Assembly: GCA_965216465.1 (NCBI GenBank)
Contig: CBDCFW010000001.1
Span: 192,001 to 256,000 of the forward strand
Direction: 5' to 3'
DNA length: 64,000 bases
Origin: Bacteroidia bacterium
GTDB taxonomy: Bacteria; Bacteroidota; Bacteroidia; NS11-12g; UBA9320
The number at the start of each line of letters is the position of its first letter. The stretch's first letter is position 1. Below are positions 57,950-64,000 of the stretch, one piece after another. Both the position numbers and the translations under genes were made by a program. The notes under the pieces are model-generated. The model did no database searches and had not been told where the DNA came from. It saw only the letters and a list, made by a program, of their open reading frames with translations.

Positions 57950-58831
57950 TTATTTTAAGATTGTTCCTACGGCAATTTCAGACTCTGATCGATAACTAAG
58001 TATCTTAATTGCCGAGTCTAACGTTTTCACTACTAGTGATTTACCTTCTGCTTCTAAAACTTCTCCCGGAACTCCTTCTGTTTCAACCTCAGCGAGTTCA
58101 ATCGCTTTTTCTATTTGAATTTCTTCGCCGTTTGAAGTGGTTCTTGCATTGGGTCCTGGATGGCTAATTGCTCTTACAAAATTGAACAGCTGTCTGCTAG
58201 TTTGATTCCAATCAACAATCTCGTCGCCAACTTTTCGCATTCTACAATACGACCCTTTAGCATCGATTGATTCTTGACTTATTCGTTGCACCTTCTTCTC
58301 TTTAATATTCACCAAGGCTTCGTGTAGAATAGAAGCACACTCGGTGTGGGCTATTTTAAGTAATGAGCCATAATTGTCTTCATCGCTGATAGGATAACTT
58401 CGTTGTAAGATAATATCTCCGGTATCTATCCCTGGATCGATGTAATGCACGGTAATACCGAACTCCTTCTCATCATTAATCAATGCCCAATTCAAGATGT
58501 TTCGACCTCTATAAAAAGGAAGTTTTCCCGCATGGCAATTGATTGTTTTAAGCGGTGGGAGCTCGATCATTTCTTCTTTGAAGATTTGATTAAACGACAT
58601 AGAGACAAAAATGTTGCAGTCGTACTTTTTCACAGTCTCAATAAATTCTTCAGAATTTATGTTTGCATGTTTCAGGACGTCTATACCTCTTTCTTTAGCT
58701 TTTTGAGCAAGTACAGCATCGGTAGAATCATTTCGTACACAAACAAATTGGATGCTAAACCGAGGGTCAGAGATGATCTTGTCGAATGCATTGTGTGCCC
58801 AGATCCCATCTCCAAAGTATCCTAGCTTCAT
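57950..58831 (-). CDS. Sugar N-formyltransferase (Fmt-like)
   Basis: INCHAGKLPFYRG, GITVH.ID.GIDTGDI; located within the nonulosonic acid cassette. Confidence 0.85.
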   Translation of the reverse strand: MKLGYFGDGIWAHNAFDKIISDPRFSIQFVCVRNDSTDAVLAQKAKERGIDVLKHANINSEEFIETVKKYDCNIFVSMSFNQIFKEEMIELPPLKTINCHAGKLPFYRGRNILNWALINDEKEFGITVHYIDPGIDTGDIILQRSYPISDEDNYGSLLKIAHTECASILHEALVNIKEKKVQRISQESIDAKGSYCRMRKVGDEIVDWNQTSRQLFNFVRAISHPGPNARTTSNGEEIQIEKAIELAEVETEGVPGEVLEAEGKSLVVKTLDSAIKILSYRSESEIAVGTILK

Positions 58832-59817
58832 ATATTATATATGTCGGCTTTGTAAGCCTTTAAGTTTTCTTTGATTGAGAACCACTCAATTGTTTCAGCT
58901 ATGGCTTGTTCAAATGTGAATTCAACGTCCCAATCGGTTAATTCCTTAATTTTTGAGTTATCACCAAACAATCTAAAAACCTCAGATTTTGCTGGTCTTA
59001 TTCTAGTTTCATCCAATACGATTTTAGCGTTTGGATTTATCTGTTGGATGATAATGTTTGCCACATCACCAACCGAAATTTCTGAATTGGTCGCAATGTT
59101 GCATTCTTCTCCTATTAAGGCTTTGCAATTTGCGATTGCCATAAAGCCTTTAACCGTATCTTTAACATAAAGCAAGTCTCTGGTCGGAGTTAAATCTCCA
59201 AGTTTAATTTCTTCCATTCCATTTAGAACTTGAGAAATAACCGTAGGTATAAATGCTCGTGCCGATTGTCTAGGACCAAATGTATTGAAGGGTCTAACTA
59301 TGGTTACGGGCAGATTAAATGATCTAAAGAACGAATCTGCAATCGAGTCCGCTCCAATTTTTGTAGCAGAATAAGGCGATTGAGGTTGCTTCGGATGTTT
59401 CTCGTCTATTGGAACATATTGTGCCGTTCCGTACACCTCAGATGTTGATGTACAAAGAACGCGTTCAACATTAAATTCTTTAGCTGCTTGAAGAATGTTT
59501 AAAGTCCCTTTAATGTTGGTATCTACATACGAATCTGGTGAATGATAAGAGTACGGAATAGCTATTAAAGCTGCTAAGTGATAAATCTCGCTGCACCCTT
59601 TAACCGCTTCTCTAACTCCGTTGGGGTCTCTAATATCTCCTGAAAAAATCTCAATTTCATTGAGGAGTTCTTTGGGCAAAGTATCAAGCCATCCCCAAGA
59701 ATTAAAAGAATTGTAATAGGTAAAAGCCTTTACAGATTTACCCGACTTAATAAGTTGCTCTACAAGATGGCTACCGATAAATCCATCAGCACCAGTAACT
59801 AGAATTTTTGAATTCAT
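58828..59817 (-). CDS. legB: NDP-GlcNAc 4,6-dehydratase (LegB-like)
   Basis: TGADGFIGSHL, YNSFNSWGWLD, HLAALIAIPYSY, STSEVYG, YSATK, RPAKSEVFRL. Confidence 0.9.
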   Translation of the reverse strand: MNSKILVTGADGFIGSHLVEQLIKSGKSVKAFTYYNSFNSWGWLDTLPKELLNEIEIFSGDIRDPNGVREAVKGCSEIYHLAALIAIPYSYHSPDSYVDTNIKGTLNILQAAKEFNVERVLCTSTSEVYGTAQYVPIDEKHPKQPQSPYSATKIGADSIADSFFRSFNLPVTIVRPFNTFGPRQSARAFIPTVISQVLNGMEEIKLGDLTPTRDLLYVKDTVKGFMAIANCKALIGEECNIATNSEISVGDVANIIIQQINPNAKIVLDETRIRPAKSEVFRLFGDNSKIKELTDWDVEFTFEQAIAETIEWFSIKENLKAYKADIYNI

Positions 59818-59821
59818 TAAT

Positions 59822-60886
59822 TTACTTTAGTTCGTCTAACAAGAACCTTCGAATAACTAAAATTACAATAGAAGCTGCTATTCCCATGATCATACCAATC
59901 ATGGAATAAACAAATACTGATTTTCTTTTCTTAACCAGTGGTAAAACTGGATGCTCTAAAACATCAAATATTGAGCTATTTGTTTTCAAAGAGAAAGACC
60001 GCAATTCATAGTTCTGACGCATTTGAGCATATACTCCAGTCAGAACAGTAATATCACGTCTCATTTCCTCTTGATTAACTTGATTACTTCTTAAGATTAT
60101 CCCATAGTTTCTATCTTGAGCTCCGGCCAATTCTAGCTCTTTTGTTTTCAATAAATTTCCTACCGAATCAATTTCTCGCTTTAAGTCATCAAGTGTACTT
60201 TTGGTTGTAGAAACCTCATCATTTAGATAAAATTGGTTGAGACTTAAGAAGATGTGATTGCTTAGGTTGTATGAAAGCCCTTCGTTCAAACTTCTAACCT
60301 TAAAGCTAAGCATATCGGTAAGCTCGTTCATTTCAATGGCCAGTATTCCATCATTTTTCTTATTTCCTCTTAGGAGGTTTAAAATGCTTTTAAATGCAAC
60401 GTTTTGAACAATACTTGAATCGTTGTTTTTTTGTTCAATTTCGAATTTATCGAAGTTATTTAACAGGTCTTTATCCTTCCATTTATCTTTTAAACCATAT
60501 GCTTCAGCGAAATGATTTGCAAGCAAGTCATGTTTTCCATCAATAACCACCGAGTCGTACAGTGCTTCTTTTAAAACAGATTTTGAGAATGCAACAGACT
60601 TAACCTTAGGCAAATTGGCATTACCTCCACTTGCACCCCAGCCTAATTGACCTAGAATATTGTCGAGCCCTACCCCTTTGCTGTCTTTAGTTTTGACAAC
60701 AAATGTGAGATCAGCTTCGTAGTACGACTTAGAGAAGTATGCATACAATCCTACTGCAGTTGCTCCAGCAGCACCTAAGATGACAATAAAAAACCACTGC
60801 TTTAATACGCTTCTGAGATAATACAGTATTTTCTCGTAGGCTTCTTTGATGCTAATAGACTTTTCTTCTCCGAATTCTGGTAACAT
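59822..60886 (-). CDS. Chain-length determinant / polysaccharide co-polymerase (Wzz-like)
   Basis: Two terminal TMs flanking a coiled-coil periplasmic region, Pro-rich motif before TM2, no kinase domain. Confidence 0.8.
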   Translation of the reverse strand: MLPEFGEEKSISIKEAYEKILYYLRSVLKQWFFIVILGAAGATAVGLYAYFSKSYYEADLTFVVKTKDSKGVGLDNILGQLGWGASGGNANLPKVKSVAFSKSVLKEALYDSVVIDGKHDLLANHFAEAYGLKDKWKDKDLLNNFDKFEIEQKNNDSSIVQNVAFKSILNLLRGNKKNDGILAIEMNELTDMLSFKVRSLNEGLSYNLSNHIFLSLNQFYLNDEVSTTKSTLDDLKREIDSVGNLLKTKELELAGAQDRNYGIILRSNQVNQEEMRRDITVLTGVYAQMRQNYELRSFSLKTNSSIFDVLEHPVLPLVKKRKSVFVYSMIGMIMGIAASIVILVIRRFLLDELK

Positions 60887-60888
60887 AA

Positions 60889-63639
60889 TTATCTGCTTAA
60901 TTCTCGAACTAGTAAAACTGAGGTTATTGCTGTAGTAACAGTTGAGGTTGTAATGGTAATGATAGTTTGCAATTGCATTAACCTTTCTGTAACTGTCATA
61001 TCAGCTTTCTCTTGCTTGATTCGCTGTCTCTTTTCCGATTTAGCATCCTTTTGGAATGCAATTATTGTACTCCCTGGTTCAAGTTTTGGGTAAACTTTAA
61101 AGAGTATAAGATTCTTTGTTTTCTTAATCTGACCGCTTTTAGTTTCGACTACAGTCTTTGACTTCTTGCTCCCTTTGGCGAATCCTCCAACAAAATTATT
61201 GATGTAGTAATTCGCTCTCTTACCGCCTTTGTATGCAACATTCATGGTTTCGCTCAAATAGTCTTCAGTGTAAATTTCTGAAGCACGTGTAGAGCTTGTA
61301 TAAATATGTACGATGCTCTCTGAACGTGGCACTGTAACCTTATCTCCCTCATCAAGAATAACATTGTAATCTGATTTAACTCGTTTCAACGCCTTGTGCA
61401 TTTTCGTAATAATATAGCCTTTAGAGCCTTTTGTTCTGAGGATTTTCCCTCCTTTTAGGTTAGCTTCATCGGTTACTCCTCCAGCTGCAGCAATTAGGTC
61501 AGATAGTTTATAATTATCACCTACGATGGCATATGGACCTGGATATTTCACTTCTCCTTCAATGTTTACAAGCTTGATGGGGTCAAATTCAGGGGTGTTT
61601 CTAACAACAATTTGATCGAATGGCATCAATTCAAATTGATTTGGATCTATTTCATTAATGTCTTTATTGATAGTTATTGACGTAGCTAAGGTTCGAGTTG
61701 GTTCATTTTCATTTATCTCTAATCTGTAAACATCAATTCGGTTACTTGCGGCTTCATAGGTTAAACCACCAGCCATTGCAACCATTTGTTGAAGTGTCAA
61801 CGTTTCATCGTAAGTAGCCGAAACGGGTCTTCGAACAGCCCCACCTATTGAGATGTTCAATTGGTCGTTAAACAACTCGATTGCAGGAATAACGATTCGA
61901 TCGTTAGGACTTATCTTTATGTTGTATGGCGAGTTGAAGTCTTCCATTGCTTTACGAGCTTCAATAAACACATACTCGAATTTCTCAGCGTTATTTGGTG
62001 ATCTTCTTACGATATATCCAAATGAGGTTGCATTAGGTAAAAGACCTCCAGCCATCAATATTGCATCAGATAATTGCAAGGTTTGAAACGGTGCCCATTC
62101 ATGTTTTAGGTCTCTTTTTACAGCTCCTTGGATAGAGAAGGTATAGTTCTGGATATAATCCTTCTGATTTAAGATGTTTAATTTATCTTCCTTTTGAAGA
62201 ACAATATTGTCTTTTCCATCAGGGTTAGCAATGGCACTTTGCGGATGAACTCGCTCTATTCTGTATTGACCATTTAACAACCTTCTAACCAGATACCCTA
62301 CTTCAAGCTTTGCAAAATCTTCAATTTCGCCATGATTCATAAGGTCTACCAGTCGCATGCCTTCTTTCCATTCATAACGTCCTGAATTTTTTACCGCTCC
62401 TGAAATATGTACTACGTTTTCTAGGCGTCTGTCTTCAAAGGCTACTGTAATCCTATCTAAGTCTTGTAAAGCGAAGTTGTTATCTACAAGATGCTTATAA
62501 TCAAAGTTATACAGTTTGTTTTGACCATCTTCTTTTCGTACAATCTCTATATTTTCAGCACGACCAGAAGAGGTAAGACCTTCAGTAAAGAGCATTAAGT
62601 CTTTAAATCCTTCTCCTTCCTTCAATTCAAAGTTGCCAGTTCTACGAAGCTCTCCAAAACCGGTAACTACGTTACTCGCGATGGGCACATAGATAATGTC
62701 ATTGTTTTTTAGGTAGTACTCAGGTTTCACCTCACCGGAGTAGAGAAATTCATAAATATCAATAGTTCGTTCTTTTCCGCCACTCAATATCTTAATATTT
62801 CTCACCGAGCCATTAGCTTTAAGACCATCTGACAACACCAAGGCATTCAATACTGAATTTAGTGCTGACAATGTATAATTTCCTTCTCGGGTTACCTGAC
62901 CAAAAATACTGACGCTAATTGTTCTTGCAGTTTTAAGGTCAATGGCAATTTGGTCTCTTGAATAGCGATAAGCCATCATGAAACGCTTGGTGATTATCTC
63001 TCGGGCTTTGGCTAGTGTTACTCCTTTCAAGTAAATTTTAGGAATGTTTGATGGCCTTATAAATCCATCTTTATCTATTTGATATACCAAATCGGCCTGT
63101 GAGACACCAAATATGTTAATTGCCACTTCGTCACCTTCATCCAATACATAGTTTCCTGGTATTTTACCTGTTGAACTCCCTCTGTATACTTCAATGGTAT
63201 TGTTTACAAAGATATGTTGACCGTAAATCTTGTTTGCTCCTTGAACTTTGTTCTCAGCCAATTCTTCGGTTACGGCTTCATTAAAGGTAGAGCCTTCTTT
63301 TAAGCGTTGAACGATATCGTCTGCAACACGCGGGTCATCAATAATAATAGACTCTTCTAGTGGCGATGATACTACTTCTTCTCTGTAAGCAGTTGTCGCT
63401 CCAGTCGTTTTATTTACCTCACCAATAGTCTTTCTAATTACATCTTTTGTACTTTGTACGTTAGACGGGTCTATTTTATCTAAGGAAATACCTTTCTGTT
63501 TTAACACATCCGAAAGTGGATCCTTAACTTCTTTAACGGGCGATTCGCCTATATTTTCTTCGTTTCTCAAAGTATCTTGACTGAACGAAGTATGGGCAAA
63601 GAACAGAAGTGTCAGAATTATTTTAGCTCTTAGTAACAT
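60889..63639 (-). CDS. SLBB-repeat polysaccharide export protein (Wza/KpsD-like)
   Basis: YVLDEGDEV.I.IFG export domain and repeated G-x-V-x-x-x-G-x-Y SLBB motifs. Confidence 0.88.
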   Translation of the reverse strand: MLLRAKIILTLLFFAHTSFSQDTLRNEENIGESPVKEVKDPLSDVLKQKGISLDKIDPSNVQSTKDVIRKTIGEVNKTTGATTAYREEVVSSPLEESIIIDDPRVADDIVQRLKEGSTFNEAVTEELAENKVQGANKIYGQHIFVNNTIEVYRGSSTGKIPGNYVLDEGDEVAINIFGVSQADLVYQIDKDGFIRPSNIPKIYLKGVTLAKAREIITKRFMMAYRYSRDQIAIDLKTARTISVSIFGQVTREGNYTLSALNSVLNALVLSDGLKANGSVRNIKILSGGKERTIDIYEFLYSGEVKPEYYLKNNDIIYVPIASNVVTGFGELRRTGNFELKEGEGFKDLMLFTEGLTSSGRAENIEIVRKEDGQNKLYNFDYKHLVDNNFALQDLDRITVAFEDRRLENVVHISGAVKNSGRYEWKEGMRLVDLMNHGEIEDFAKLEVGYLVRRLLNGQYRIERVHPQSAIANPDGKDNIVLQKEDKLNILNQKDYIQNYTFSIQGAVKRDLKHEWAPFQTLQLSDAILMAGGLLPNATSFGYIVRRSPNNAEKFEYVFIEARKAMEDFNSPYNIKISPNDRIVIPAIELFNDQLNISIGGAVRRPVSATYDETLTLQQMVAMAGGLTYEAASNRIDVYRLEINENEPTRTLATSITINKDINEIDPNQFELMPFDQIVVRNTPEFDPIKLVNIEGEVKYPGPYAIVGDNYKLSDLIAAAGGVTDEANLKGGKILRTKGSKGYIITKMHKALKRVKSDYNVILDEGDKVTVPRSESIVHIYTSSTRASEIYTEDYLSETMNVAYKGGKRANYYINNFVGGFAKGSKKSKTVVETKSGQIKKTKNLILFKVYPKLEPGSTIIAFQKDAKSEKRQRIKQEKADMTVTERLMQLQTIITITTSTVTTAITSVLLVRELSR

Positions 63640-64000
63640 ATAAAGTACGGATTAAGTAGGTTCTGTTTATTATAGATTAACTCGCTGGTGCTGTTTTGTT
63701 GCAAGACTTGAATGCCAAGCGATCGAAGAACAGCATGTGCAGCTGCAGTATCCCACTCCATTGTTGGAGCAAAACGTGGATACACGTCTGCTTTTCCATC
63801 AGCAATAGCCATAAACTTTAATGAACTTCCCATTGAAACAATCACTGGTTCATTCAAATCGTTAAGAAACATTTGAGTATCGTCGTTCAGATGCGAACGA
63901 GAAGCAACAACACGTATTCCAATCTTGTCTTTCAAAACATTTAAAGCAGTAGTTTGATCTCTTTTTTCAAGTTTATGCTCTTCACCACCGACTATTTTAA
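63630..64000 (-). CDS. cysQ: 3'(2'),5'-bisphosphate nucleotidase CysQ, 3' part (truncated by window edge)
   Basis: VASRSH, GSSLKF, YPRFAPTMEWDTAAAHA, YNK..LLNPYF; frame open to the window end. Confidence 0.92.
   Translation of the reverse strand, partial: KIVGGEEHKLEKRDQTTALNVLKDKIGIRVVASRSHLNDDTQMFLNDLNEPVIVSMGSSLKFMAIADGKADVYPRFAPTMEWDTAAAHAVLRSLGIQVLQQNSTSELIYNKQNLLNPYFICY

Noticed and set aside
57950-58831. Housekeeping methionyl-tRNA formyltransferase (fmt)
   Set aside because: Lacks the typical FxGTPxFA start and HxSLLP motif (has HAGKLP) and is coupled inside a sugar cassette, so a sugar N-formyltransferase is more likely.
1-64000. tRNA/rRNA genes, CRISPR arrays, IS elements, prophage or defence systems; many short antisense ORFs in the track
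   Set aside because: Intergenic gaps are small and show no such signatures; no transposase, integrase or cas ORFs; the short ORFs overlap well-supported genes and have no recognisable motifs.

Overview
64 kb chromosomal window from an aerobic Bacteroidota. The assignment rests on TAnnTTTG -7 promoter boxes, a T9SS type-B cargo protein and Bacteroidota-type cox and exb/tonB/folC gene order. The left half (1-32.5 kb) is mostly housekeeping: ABC transporter (partial), Leu/Val dehydrogenase, nusB-DUF1573-yajC-coaE-PRTase-dapD, an aa3 oxidase and assembly cluster, recA, an OM barrel-SPOR-exbB-exbD-tonB-folC-rnhA run, a 1764-aa PKD/T9SS protein and proline dehydrogenase. The right half (32.5-64 kb, all minus strand) is one tightly coupled Wzx/Wzy surface-polysaccharide locus. 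Main observations: (1) oxidase subunit II carries an N-terminal monoheme cytochrome c domain resembling that of alternative complex III ActA, while the actA-F genes that usually precede coxB are absent; (2) a five-gene module (CMP-transferase, D-2-hydroxyacid dehydrogenase, SDR, HAD phosphatase, 6-phosphogluconolactonase) could make a CMP-activated hex-2-ulosonic acid from 6-phosphogluconate; (3) a legionaminic-acid-type cassette has a formyltransferase, no LegC, and a second divergent NeuB, with two sulfotransferases and cysQ nearby; (4) there is an A7-tract frameshift in a GDP-mannose 3,5-epimerase-like gene, a glycosyltransferase with no canonical start codon (ATT), and a candidate sRNA upstream of coxB. 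No tRNA, rRNA, CRISPR array or mobile element was seen. All family calls come from motif recognition, not database searches.
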